Below, in pieces: positions 40,972 through 50,534 of a DNA stretch of 64,000 nucleotides. Numbering within the stretch: the first letter of the stretch is position 1; every line of letters starts with the position of its first letter. This DNA comes from an uncultured bacterium (GTDB lineage Bacteria > Patescibacteriota > Minisyncoccia > Phycocordibacterales > GWA1-40-21): positions 144 through 64,143 of the forward strand of contig CAILDB010000014.1 of the NCBI GenBank assembly GCA_903832855.1. The letters are read 5' to 3'. The translations under genes and the position numbers were made by a program. The notes beneath the pieces were generated by a model that was not told the DNA's origin, did not search any database, and was given only the letters and a program-made list of their open reading frames with translations.

Positions 40972-41079
40972 CTATAAAAAGTTATCCACAGTTTTATTAC
41001 TTTTACCATTTGCAAAAAAAATATAATATTAGAAAATATACATAATGCTCAAATATGAGCGATTAAAAAAATATAAATA

Positions 41080-41331
41080 ATGAAAAATAAAGATAAAAGT
41101 AAAACAAGAGGTGAAGAAATAGATGGTGTTAAAGAAAAAGAAGATGGTGATGAGGAAAAAGTAAAAGAAACAAATCCAGATGTATTAGATGCGGCTTTTG
41201 AGGCAGAGGTTCCAGTCGTGGGGACAGAAGAGGTAGGTGAAGTGGGAGAGGATGCCGAGGGACTTGCGATTGATGATCCAGAGGATGATATGATAGATTC
41301 AGGAGATTTTAGAGTTTTGAATGAGTGGTAA
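41080..41331 (+). CDS. Small acidic hypothetical protein
   Basis: 83-aa D/E-rich ORF with upstream promoter-like sequence. Confidence 0.6.
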   Translation: MKNKDKSKTRGEEIDGVKEKEDGDEEKVKETNPDVLDAAFEAEVPVVGTEEVGEVGEDAEGLAIDDPEDDMIDSGDFRVLNEW

Positions 41332-41341
41332 CAGGTGTAGG

Positions 41342-41469
41342 AAAAGACGCGAGAAAATTTTTCTAACAGCCTCTTCGCAAAGTACTTAAAAACGTCCCAA
41401 GTCCGGACAGGGACGTTTGTAAGCACTTTGCTTCGCGTCTGTTTTAAGAAAAATTTTCTCGCGTCTTTT
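41342..41469. repeat. Hairpin element family C copy 3 (inverted)
   Basis: 23-bp perfect terminal IR; core GTCCCAAGTCCGGACAGGGAC at 41394-41414. Confidence 0.85.
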
Positions 41470-41473
41470 TCTT

Positions 41474-41971
41474 TTACTTAACTCTACTTGTTGCAAAAAA
41501 AGTCAGCCCTATCGCTATCGCATCATACTCATCGTCATGTTTAATTTCTTTTTCTATTTTCACCAATCTTTTTACCATCTCCGTAATCTGAATTTTATCA
41601 CTTTTTCCATATCCCGTCACTGCAATCTTTACCGCCATCGGCGAATATTCGTAAATTTCTAAACCATTTCTTTTGCCTTCATACATTATCACCCCACGAG
41701 CTTCTGCGACCTGCATCGCAGATTTCTGATTTTTTGCAAAAAATAAAGTTTCTATCGCGAGCCTCTCCGGTTTGTATTTTTTAATCACTTCTTCCAACTC
41801 TTTTCCAATCAAATTTAATCTTTCACTATGAGGCAATTTTGCAGAAGTCTTGAAGCATTCCGAAAAAAGCAATTTTTCTTTGCCATTTTCTTTTTCAAGG
41901 ACTGCCACACCGAGCCTTTCATATCCCGGATCTACCGCTATAATTCTAGTTATTTTTGTGATATTTGACAT
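41474..41971 (-). CDS. ruvC: Holliday junction resolvase RuvC
   Basis: AVDPGY, AIETLFF, AEARGV, VTGYGKSDK, DDEYDAIA. Confidence 0.95.
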   Translation of the reverse strand: MSNITKITRIIAVDPGYERLGVAVLEKENGKEKLLFSECFKTSAKLPHSERLNLIGKELEEVIKKYKPERLAIETLFFAKNQKSAMQVAEARGVIMYEGKRNGLEIYEYSPMAVKIAVTGYGKSDKIQITEMVKRLVKIEKEIKHDDEYDAIAIGLTFFATSRVK

Positions 41972-41998
41972 AAGTTTTGTGTTTGCTATACTGTAACT

Positions 41999-42053
41999 CT
42001 ATATGGCCTTCGGGCTCGGAACCGCTTTCGAAAGAAGGCGGTTTCATATTTTT
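41999..42053 (+). ncRNA. Candidate sRNA convergent on the pemK 3' end
   Basis: TTGACA-16-TATACT with TGn (41965-41992); GCC-TTCG-GGC hairpin, then AACCGC...GCGGTT hairpin and T-run. Confidence 0.5.
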
Positions 42054-42456
42054 ACTCTTCCATATCTATTATTTCCTTCATCATTTTTTTTATTTCTAAA
42101 TAATCTTCTCCTTTAATATACCCCATTTTATCTATCAATCTTTTACTGTCTATTAATTTTATCTGAGAAAGATTTGCAGTATTTCTAACTTTCAATTCTA
42201 AAATCTTAAAACTATAATAATATTTCCCTTTTTTATTTTTTGTCGTTAAGGGCAATGCCCAAAATGTTTCTGCATTAAATTTTTTAAATATCAAAACAGG
42301 TCTCTTAAATTCCTCGTGCTTTCCATCTTGTTCATATCCAACATTAAGACCCAAATGACACCACCACACTTCTTTTTCTCTAAAAAAGATATCCTTCATA
42401 TCTTTTTCGTCGATAACTTTTTTCCTATTATTCCACTTATCAAACTCTTTTTGCAT
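42052..42456 (-). CDS. PemK/MazF-family endoribonuclease toxin
   Basis: EVWWCHLGLNVGYEQDGK, KRPVLI, LPLTT, LSQIKLIDSKRL. Confidence 0.88.
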   Translation of the reverse strand: MQKEFDKWNNRKKVIDEKDMKDIFFREKEVWWCHLGLNVGYEQDGKHEEFKRPVLIFKKFNAETFWALPLTTKNKKGKYYYSFKILELKVRNTANLSQIKLIDSKRLIDKMGYIKGEDYLEIKKMMKEIIDMEE

Positions 42457-42620
42457 AATAAAAAATATTATATCACAAAACCAATGGCTTTTTGTTTTAT
42501 GATTATTTTGATATGATAAATATACAGTGGCTTTGGCCTTGCCCTCTTCGGAGGGAGAAAGTAAAAAGTACCGAAAGGTTCCGAGAAACCCCGCTAATTA
42601 ATTAGCGGGGTTTCGATTTT

Positions 42621-43151
42621 CTACTCCGCATTCGTATACACATCCTGCACCTCATCGTTTTCTTCTAGATCGTCAATTAGTTTTTCTAGTTTCGGTTCAT
42701 CTTCTTCGGAAACAGGGGTCGTCATTTTTGGAGTCCATTCACCATCTTTTTTTTCAAATGCCCAAGATGCACTTCCTGGAGCGGCGAGGGAAGAGCCATT
42801 TTCCGAAAGAATATGTTTTACTTCTCCAGCAGCTTTGTTTCTGTTGTCGGTAAGAGCTTCAATAATAATTGCGACTCCACCAGGACCATATGCTTCATAA
42901 GTTACGGATTCCATTTCCGCACCGCCTTTTTCAGATGCTTTTTTGACCGCTCTATCAATACTGTCGTTTGGCATATCTATTGACCTCGCTTTTTCTATTG
43001 CAGAACGAAGTTCAGGAGAATTTACATCACCTTTTGATTTTCTTGAGGCAACCGAAATCAGCTTTACCATTTTTGAAAAAACTTTGCTTTTCTGTGCATC
43101 ATTTTTTGCTTTTAGCCTCTTAATTTTAGAAAATTTATTGTGTCCGGACAT
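42621..43151 (-). CDS. yebC: YebC/PmpR family protein
   Basis: MSGHNKFSKIK, YEAYGPGG, TDNRNK, DEVQDVYTN. Confidence 0.93.
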   Translation of the reverse strand: MSGHNKFSKIKRLKAKNDAQKSKVFSKMVKLISVASRKSKGDVNSPELRSAIEKARSIDMPNDSIDRAVKKASEKGGAEMESVTYEAYGPGGVAIIIEALTDNRNKAAGEVKHILSENGSSLAAPGSASWAFEKKDGEWTPKMTTPVSEEDEPKLEKLIDDLEENDEVQDVYTNAE

Positions 43152-43258
43152 AATAAGAACATCTTATCAGAATTGTGGATTTTTTCAATGCAAAATAATA
43201 ATAACTGTGCTATTCTTTGTTTTAGAAAATAGTCCTTTACATCAAACAAGGGGGTGTT

Positions 43259-43714
43259 ATGAAGTCGCGTTTTATTGTTGATAGTTTCCGCCTATGGATA
43301 GATTACGGTTGGTATCATCGTTTGGCTATAGTGGCCATTTTTCATTTTAACAGGCAAATCACTTATAAAGAGGTTCGCCAAAGAATGAAAAGAGTTGGTT
43401 TCCATCCTGGAAATTACAACTGTCTTGTCGCTGCTTGGCGAGCTAGGCAGGTTCTCCCAAACGCGGTGATCGTCGCTCCGGCTACGAAGGATATTGTAGA
43501 CGGAACTGCTAAATCTCCATATTTTTGGATAGCAGATGAAGAGATTTCTTTGGATTATGTTTACCGATATGGACGCCCGGAAATTTGGCAGAAACACTGG
43601 CATTTTTTTGCCGTAAAATGGATAGGTAAGCCAGAGTCATATCCTCTTCCTGTCCGGTCAAGTCCTGATTTTTGGAAATTAGTTGAGGGGATGAAAAGGA
43701 CAATAGTCGTTTGA
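43259..43714 (+). CDS. Orphan protein resembling the DGR-target CLec-like domain
   Basis: FHFNRQIT..EV...MKRVGFHP...W...WHFFAVK pattern; own SD and terminator (43721-43745). Confidence 0.5.
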   Translation: MKSRFIVDSFRLWIDYGWYHRLAIVAIFHFNRQITYKEVRQRMKRVGFHPGNYNCLVAAWRARQVLPNAVIVAPATKDIVDGTAKSPYFWIADEEISLDYVYRYGRPEIWQKHWHFFAVKWIGKPESYPLPVRSSPDFWKLVEGMKRTIVV

Positions 43715-43832
43715 AGTCCGAGGGCGGTTCGTTGCGAACCGCCCTTTTCTTTTTCAAATTGACAAAAAATATTCCTGCGAGTATAGTTAATAACGGAAGA
43801 GGACACTAAATAATGTTAGTAAGGAGATTCTA

Positions 43833-44051
43833 ATGATACATGCAAGCACATTACTCAACAAGTTGTTTGAGGCGGGATGGAATGAGTGTGAAATTGAGGA
43901 GGCCTGTTCCGAAACATCCGATCTTTTTGCCCAACTTCATGAAGTGAAGATGGGAAATGCCAAGATCGTGACGAATGAAGATTGGGAAGAATTCATTACC
44001 TTTCGTTCGCGCAGTCAGTACAGTCGTGAAGATGGGCGAAGGTTTCGATAA
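43833..44051 (+). CDS. Small orphan protein
   Basis: TTGACA-17-TATAGT (43759-43787), AAGGAG SD, hairpin 44073-44101. Confidence 0.6.
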   Translation: MIHASTLLNKLFEAGWNECEIEEACSETSDLFAQLHEVKMGNAKIVTNEDWEEFITFRSRSQYSREDGRRFR

Positions 44052-44113
44052 ACATGCGTGAAGTAGTATGATAAGGGCCGGTTCGCGGAGCGAACCGGCC
44101 CATATTTTTTTCT

Positions 44114-45160
44114 TTATTTCTCCAAATCCAACCCCAGAAGTTTTTTGCCAATATGTTTCCTTGCTCTATCCGTAATCACGCGTCCGCGAGAAGTTCTTTC
44201 TATGAAACCGAGTTGAAGTAAGTATGGTTCGTAGACATCTTCTATCGTCGCTTGCTCTTCGGAAAGGGCGGCAGCAAGAGTATTGAGTCCTACAGGCCCG
44301 CCATTAAATTTATTTTCTATCGTTTCAAGCAAAGTTCTGTCCGAAGCACCGAGCCCGACATCATCAATACCCAGAAGATTGAGTGCTTCCATCACCATCG
44401 CCTTGGAAAGTTTTTCTCCGCGAATTTGTGCAAGGTCACGACATCTTTTTAGAAAATAATTTGCAGTTCTCGGCGTGAAGCGACTTCTTTTTGCAATTTC
44501 TTCTTTCGCTTCTTTTTCAATTTCAACTTTTAATATTTTTGCAGAGCGATTTATGATTTGTTCTATCTCATCATTTGTATAAAACTCCAATCTGAAGACT
44601 CCTCCAGAAAATCTGGAGCGAAGTGGCGCAGAAAGTAATGCAATTCTAGTAGTCGCGGCAATCAAAGTGAAAGGCGGTAGGTCAAGTTGTATCGTTCTCG
44701 CCGATGGCCCCTTGCCAATAATAATATCAAGGTTGCCCGACTCCATAGCAGGGTAGAGAACCTCTTCAATTGCTTTGTTGAGGCGATGAATTTCGTCAAT
44801 AAATAAAATATCACCCGGTGAAAGGTTCGTAAGTATGGATGCGAGGTCACCAACCTTTTCTATTGCAGGCCCAGATGTACTTTTGAGCTGAGAAGACGTT
44901 TCTTTTGCAATCAAATGAGCGAGAGTAGTCTTTCCAAGTCCCGGCGGACCATAGAAAAGTAAATGCTCTGGTGGATGTTTCCTCTGTGAGGCCGCGGTGA
45001 GTAAGATTTTTAAATTTTCTTTGATGTTTTTTTGCCCTATGTATTCTGCCCAAGTAGTGGGTCTTAAAGTCTGGTCTAAAAAGTTGGCATCAGGGTTTTT
45101 AGGGCTTAAAACCTCGCTATTTTCGGTATCTTCTTTTTTTATATCATTTTTGCTTGACAT
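44114..45160 (-). CDS. ruvB: Holliday junction helicase RuvB
   Basis: LRP..EYIGQ, GPPGLGKTT, FIDEIHRL, YPAME, EPYL. Confidence 0.97.
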   Translation of the reverse strand: MSSKNDIKKEDTENSEVLSPKNPDANFLDQTLRPTTWAEYIGQKNIKENLKILLTAASQRKHPPEHLLFYGPPGLGKTTLAHLIAKETSSQLKSTSGPAIEKVGDLASILTNLSPGDILFIDEIHRLNKAIEEVLYPAMESGNLDIIIGKGPSARTIQLDLPPFTLIAATTRIALLSAPLRSRFSGGVFRLEFYTNDEIEQIINRSAKILKVEIEKEAKEEIAKRSRFTPRTANYFLKRCRDLAQIRGEKLSKAMVMEALNLLGIDDVGLGASDRTLLETIENKFNGGPVGLNTLAAALSEEQATIEDVYEPYLLQLGFIERTSRGRVITDRARKHIGKKLLGLDLEK

Positions 45161-45489
45161 AGGGTTAAAATATGCTATACTTGACACAGAGGCCATTTTT
45201 GTTGGGCCTTTTTGTTTCTTTTAGAATTTTTTGAAAGTGGAGAGCATAAATCTCTAAACAATTGAATCTCGCAAGAGTATTTACGAATTTGTTTTCAAGG
45301 ACATTCTGGTTTTAATCTTCGGATTACTGCTGGGGTTATCCTTAAAGCCAAGTTTAACTTTACACGCCAAGTTTAAAGTATTGTTTAGAGATTTCTGCTC
45401 CCGACTCTATTAATTTCAATGTCCTACTTTTCCAATACTATTCTCTTGTAAAATAAAATCAAGCAACTTAAAAAATTAAAGAACACTTC

Positions 45490-47166
45490 TTACCAATCTT
45501 CAAGGTCAACCACTCGGCGGAGTTCGTCTAGAGAAGTAACCCCTTGCAAAATTTTAATTACTCCATCCTGACGCATATCCAAAAGATTTTGCTCAAGTGA
45601 TGCTTCTTTTACTTCTCTTTCACTTGGATTTTCTATAATAACTGCCTCAACTTTTGCTGACATTAGGATGGTTTCGCAAATTGCAATCCTGCCTTTGAAT
45701 CCTTGATGACATTTTTCACATCCGACAGCTTCCCACGCTTTTTCTTTTTGAATATCTGTCAAATATGTTTGATCTGTAATTGAAGCGAGGACCCTTTCAA
45801 ATAATTTTTTCTCATCACCGGACAAAACTTTTTCTTTTTTACAAAATGGGCAGAGTTTTCTGAGAAGTCGCTGAGCCATAGCCACATTTAATGCAGAAGA
45901 AATAATTTTTGGATTTACACCGAGGCCAATAAGACGGGGGAATGCACCCGCAGCACTATTTGTGTGCAAAGTGGAGAAGACAAGGTGGCCGGTATTTGCG
46001 GCGTCTATCGCAGTGTTTGCAGTTTCCTTGTCACGAATTTCTCCGACCATTATTACATCAGGGTCTTGTCGCAAAGCAGAGCGAAGTCCGGAAAGGAAAG
46101 TGTAGCCTTTGTCATCTTCTACTTGTGTTTGCACGACTCCTGCAAGATGGTATTCTATCGGGTCTTCAATCGTAATTATTTTTACTTCGGAACTATTTAT
46201 TTTTTTCAAAAATGCATACAAAGTGGTCGTCTTACCGGAGCCAGTAGGACCTGTAATGAGAAGCATTCCGTTTGGTCTTTCTATTTGTTCAATCAAAGCT
46301 TTCAAAGTCCTCGGATGAATACCAAGTTCTTCAAGTGGTACGGCGATGGTCTTTGGGTTTAGAAGTCGCATGACAATTGACTCGTTGTAATTGCCCGGAA
46401 GAATGGAAGTTCTAATTTCAATATCGCTATCTTTTATTTTTATGGAAAATCTTCCGTCTTGTGCTTCATCTTTTACATTTAATTTTAATCCGGAAAGTAA
46501 TTTAATTCGAGAAAGTAGCAAATTGTAATTTTCTGGACTAAGTTCAATAATATCCACAAGCACACCATCTAGTCGGTATCGCATTCTTACATTTGTTTCT
46601 GACGGCTCAAGGTGAATATCGGAAGCAGAAAGTGAGAGAGCACCTGCGATCATTATTTCCATTATTTTGGAAATTTTGTAAGTTTGTTTTACGCCGAGCA
46701 AATTATCAATTTCTGTTTTGACATCAGCGAGTGTTTTTATTTTTGCTGTAAGAGCGAGAATTTGTTCATCGGAAATATCAAATGCACCTGCTCGGCTCTC
46801 TGAAGCATATGAAAGATCTTTGTATCTGCCCCATGCTTTTTCCAAACTAGCTTTTGAGACCATAAAGACGACGGGTAGATAGCCATCTTCAGAAAGTTTA
46901 TTTAACAAGGCAATAGTTTTTTCGTGATTTGGGGAAAGGACAGCAACCTGAATTTTTTTATTCACTTCTTGGAATACAGCGGTGTTTGTCTCTCTCGCAA
47001 GTTCTTCGGGGATGATTCTGAGTGCGTCGGTATTGATAGGAATAGGGGCGAGGTCAAGATAACCAATACCATACCTAGAAGCTAGAAGCTTGGCAACATC
47101 TTCCTCTTCTCTTTTTCTGAGTTCGTCTATCCTCGCATTTTGTTTTGTATCATCAAAATCTACCAT
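45490..47166 (-). CDS. PilB/GspE type IV pilus ATPase
   Basis: ASDIHLEP, GPTGSGKTT, EDPIEY, LRQDPD, GEIRD, TLHTN, CxxC. Confidence 0.93.
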   Translation of the reverse strand: MVDFDDTKQNARIDELRKREEEDVAKLLASRYGIGYLDLAPIPINTDALRIIPEELARETNTAVFQEVNKKIQVAVLSPNHEKTIALLNKLSEDGYLPVVFMVSKASLEKAWGRYKDLSYASESRAGAFDISDEQILALTAKIKTLADVKTEIDNLLGVKQTYKISKIMEIMIAGALSLSASDIHLEPSETNVRMRYRLDGVLVDIIELSPENYNLLLSRIKLLSGLKLNVKDEAQDGRFSIKIKDSDIEIRTSILPGNYNESIVMRLLNPKTIAVPLEELGIHPRTLKALIEQIERPNGMLLITGPTGSGKTTTLYAFLKKINSSEVKIITIEDPIEYHLAGVVQTQVEDDKGYTFLSGLRSALRQDPDVIMVGEIRDKETANTAIDAANTGHLVFSTLHTNSAAGAFPRLIGLGVNPKIISSALNVAMAQRLLRKLCPFCKKEKVLSGDEKKLFERVLASITDQTYLTDIQKEKAWEAVGCEKCHQGFKGRIAICETILMSAKVEAVIIENPSEREVKEASLEQNLLDMRQDGVIKILQGVTSLDELRRVVDLEDW

Positions 47167-47265
47167 ACTGCAAATATGATAACATTTTTTGCCTAAAAGC
47201 TTCAATTTTTTAGTGCTTGACAAAAAAGATGAAAGGGTGTATAATGGTATGTAGGAGGATCTGAA

Positions 47266-47499
47266 ATGAAGAAAATTTTGATTGGACTGTTCTTTCTGGT
47301 TTTGGGGTTTTGGAACACTGGGTGCATAATGTCTTGTAACAAGAATTTCTTTAATGAAATTCGAGATAATGCGCCACCAGTTCCATCTTATGTTATGGAG
47401 CCACCACACTATGATGTCATTACTGTGGTGGTGCCCCCGACGACATATCGTCAGGGCGAGAGGCAATATCGTGTTTATGGAAGGGGATATTACCGGTGA
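47266..47499 (+). CDS. Small orphan putative lipoprotein
   Basis: TTGACA-17-TATAAT (47217-47245), AGGAGG, signal peptide ending NTGC, terminator 47504-47534. Confidence 0.6.
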   Translation: MKKILIGLFFLVLGFWNTGCIMSCNKNFFNEIRDNAPPVPSYVMEPPHYDVITVVVPPTTYRQGERQYRVYGRGYYR

Positions 47500-47564
47500 T
47501 GACAGGGCGCGCTTGCAGCAAGCGCGCCCTTTTTCTTTGCCTCCATTTTTGTTATTATGCCCCT

Positions 47565-47999
47565 ATGAGACTCATTAGCAAAAGTCTAGAAAACACCGAA
47601 GAAATTGCAAAAGATTTTGTTGAAAAACTTTCCTTTGGTGTTCACGAAAACGCTTGCGTTGTCGGCCTTTACGGTGACCTTGGTTCAGGAAAAACAACTT
47701 TTACAAAATCTGTGGCAAAAATTCTTGGTGCAAAAGAAAATATTACTAGCCCGACTTTTGTTATTGAAAAAATCTATAATATTTCGCATCTTTTTTTTAC
47801 AAAACTGATTCACATTGACGCCTACCGACTTGAATCGGCCGAAGAACTCCAAAAACTTTCTTGGGCAGAAACTTTGGCAAATGCAAAAAATCTTATTTTA
47901 ATAGAATGGCCGGAAAATGTTTTAGAAATTCTGCCAGAAAATCATATGAAAATTAATTTTAAATTTGTTTCGGAAAATGAAAGGGAAATAGAGATTTAA
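47565..47999 (+). CDS. tsaE: tRNA t6A biosynthesis ATPase TsaE
   Basis: GDLGSGKTTF, SPTFV, HIDAYRL, IEW. Confidence 0.95.
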   Translation: MRLISKSLENTEEIAKDFVEKLSFGVHENACVVGLYGDLGSGKTTFTKSVAKILGAKENITSPTFVIEKIYNISHLFFTKLIHIDAYRLESAEELQKLSWAETLANAKNLILIEWPENVLEILPENHMKINFKFVSENEREIEI

Positions 48000-48033
48000 A
48001 ATTTCAATACTTTTTTGTGATAAGATAGCGACT

Positions 48034-50472
48034 ATGGAGAAAGGGAAAAACAAAAAATTAGTACTACTTGATTCTCACGCGATAATTCATCGTGCGTATC
48101 ACGCATTGCCGGATTTTGTCTCAAGCAAGGGTGAGCCGACGGGGGCTTTATATGGGCTTTCCACAATGCTTCTTGCCATAATTACCGAACTTAAACCGGA
48201 CTATATAGTGGCTTGTTTTGATTTGCCAAAGCCGACTTACAGACACGAAGCATACAAAGAATACAAAGCGGGTAGAGCGAAGACAGATGAAGGTTTAATT
48301 TCTCAGCTAAAAAGGTCTCGTGATATTTTTACTGCATTAAATATTCCGATGTATGATAAAGAAGGTTTTGAGGCGGATGATGTTATTGGCACGATAGTTG
48401 AAGAAACAAAAAAAGATAAAAATTTGGAGGTGGTGATTGCGTCTGGTGATATGGATACGCTTCAGCTCGTGGAAGATGGCAGAGTGAAAGTTTACACTTT
48501 GAAAAAGGGAATTAAAGACACGATTATCTATGACGAAAAAGCAGTGGTGGCAAGATTTGGATTTAAACCGAGACTTTTGACGGATTACAAGGGCCTGAGA
48601 GGTGATCCATCGGATAATATTATCGGTATAAAAGGAATTGGAGAAAAAACGGCGGAAATTCTTATACAAAATTTCGGGACAATTGAAGAAATTTACAAGA
48701 AAATAAAAAAAGACAAAAAAGCCTTTAAAGATGTAAAAATTACCGACAGAATTGTAAAACTTCTAGAAGATGGTGAGGAAGAGGCAAACTTTTCCAAAAT
48801 GCTTGCGACTATTAGGCGAGATGCGCCAATCAATTTTTCTCTTCCAGAGAAAGAATGGAAAGAAAATTTTGATGATTCAAAAATAAAGACGCTTTGGGCA
48901 GAACTTGACTTTAGGACGCTTGGTTCGCGTTTAGATGATGTTTTGAAGGACAAAAAGCCTATGGCAAGGTCTGACCTTGCCATAGGCAAGGACTTGGAGG
49001 CTTCGTCTCCAAGTGGACTATTTGCAAGTCCGCAAGACCTTGAGAAGCAAAAGGAACTTTTTATTGCCACATGGCTTTTGAATTCAAATACGACGAACCC
49101 TACTTTGGAAGATGTTTTGAACCTTACTGGTACAAAAGATTTGGATGAAGCTGAGAAAATTTTGATGAAGGACCTGAAAAACAAAGGATTAGAGAATGTT
49201 TATGAAAAAATTGAAAAGCCACTTATTCCTATAATTGAAAAGATGGAAAAAATGGGTGTGAAAGTGAATAAAGAAGAAATAAAAACTCTTTCGACAGAAT
49301 ATCACAAAGTTTTGGCAGAAAAAGAAAAGCAAATTTGGAAACTTGCAGGGACGGAATTTAATGTGAACTCTCCAAAGCAGATGGGGGAAATACTTTTCAA
49401 CAAACTTGGACTCAAAGCGAAGAATCAAAAGAAGACGGGAAGTGGTGGACTTTCTACAAAAGAATCGGAGCTTGAAAAAATGCGTGATATGCACCCAATA
49501 ATTCCTCTTATCTTTGACCATCGCGAATTACAAAAACTTCTTTCCACTTACATTGATGTTATCTCTGAAATCCTAGATGAAAAAGATAGATTACACGCAA
49601 AATTTTTGCAGACAGGCACGACGACAGGCAGAATGTCTTCGCAAGAGCCAAATTTGCAAAATATCCCGACAAAGAGCGAGCTTGGCAGAAATGTCCGAAA
49701 AGCTTTTATCGCCGAAAAAGGTTTTAAACTAGTTTCTTTTGATTACTCACAAATTGAAATCCGTATCGCAGCCTTTCTTTCCGGTGATGAAAAACTTTTG
49801 GAAATTTTTAGAAAAGGTGAAGATGTACACACTGCAGTTGCATCGGAAGTTTTCGGTGTTCCGCCAGAAAAAGTGGATAAAGAAATGCGAAGACGGGCAA
49901 AAGTAATAAATTTTGGAATAATGTATGGAATGGGCGTGATGGCACTCAAGCAAAATATAAATTCAACGCGAGAAGAAGCACAGAGATATTTGGACGAATA
50001 TTTCAAAAAGTTTTCTGGCCTTGCGAGGTATTTGGATAGTGTGAAGGCCGAAGCCGAGAGAAATGGCTTCACAGAAACACTTTTTGGCAGAAGAAGATAT
50101 TTTGAAGGGATGAAATCGCCACTTCCATATATCCGTGCAATGGCAGAAAGAATGGCTATAAATGCGCCTATTCAGGGAACCGAAGCGGACATCATTAAAC
50201 TTTCAATGATAAAAATTGATGAATTTTTGCAAAACCCTAAATCGTTCGGAAACGATCGGGCGCAAGGAAAACTAACAGAAAAAGTTCGCCTAATTTTGCA
50301 AGTTCACGACGAACTCGTGTATGAAATTGAAGAAAATCTCGTCGAAAGCATTTCAAAAGAAATAAAAAATATAATGGAAAATGTTACAACTCCAGAACAA
50401 ACAAAAGGCGTCATCTGCCAAGCCGATGTTTCGGCGGGGAATAATTGGAGAGATATGGAAAAAATAATCTAA
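48034..50472 (+). CDS. polA: DNA polymerase I (5'-3' exonuclease + polymerase)
   Basis: HRAYHA, EADDVIG, GDPSDNI, TGRMSS..PNLQNIP, DYSQIE, QVHDEL. Confidence 0.97.
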   Translation: MEKGKNKKLVLLDSHAIIHRAYHALPDFVSSKGEPTGALYGLSTMLLAIITELKPDYIVACFDLPKPTYRHEAYKEYKAGRAKTDEGLISQLKRSRDIFTALNIPMYDKEGFEADDVIGTIVEETKKDKNLEVVIASGDMDTLQLVEDGRVKVYTLKKGIKDTIIYDEKAVVARFGFKPRLLTDYKGLRGDPSDNIIGIKGIGEKTAEILIQNFGTIEEIYKKIKKDKKAFKDVKITDRIVKLLEDGEEEANFSKMLATIRRDAPINFSLPEKEWKENFDDSKIKTLWAELDFRTLGSRLDDVLKDKKPMARSDLAIGKDLEASSPSGLFASPQDLEKQKELFIATWLLNSNTTNPTLEDVLNLTGTKDLDEAEKILMKDLKNKGLENVYEKIEKPLIPIIEKMEKMGVKVNKEEIKTLSTEYHKVLAEKEKQIWKLAGTEFNVNSPKQMGEILFNKLGLKAKNQKKTGSGGLSTKESELEKMRDMHPIIPLIFDHRELQKLLSTYIDVISEILDEKDRLHAKFLQTGTTTGRMSSQEPNLQNIPTKSELGRNVRKAFIAEKGFKLVSFDYSQIEIRIAAFLSGDEKLLEIFRKGEDVHTAVASEVFGVPPEKVDKEMRRRAKVINFGIMYGMGVMALKQNINSTREEAQRYLDEYFKKFSGLARYLDSVKAEAERNGFTETLFGRRRYFEGMKSPLPYIRAMAERMAINAPIQGTEADIIKLSMIKIDEFLQNPKSFGNDRAQGKLTEKVRLILQVHDELVYEIEENLVESISKEIKNIMENVTTPEQTKGVICQADVSAGNNWRDMEKII

Positions 50473-50534
50473 ATTTGCTGCACCTCCAAAATTTTTTGAT
50501 GGCAAATTTTACTACGGGGTGATATAATTTTCCT

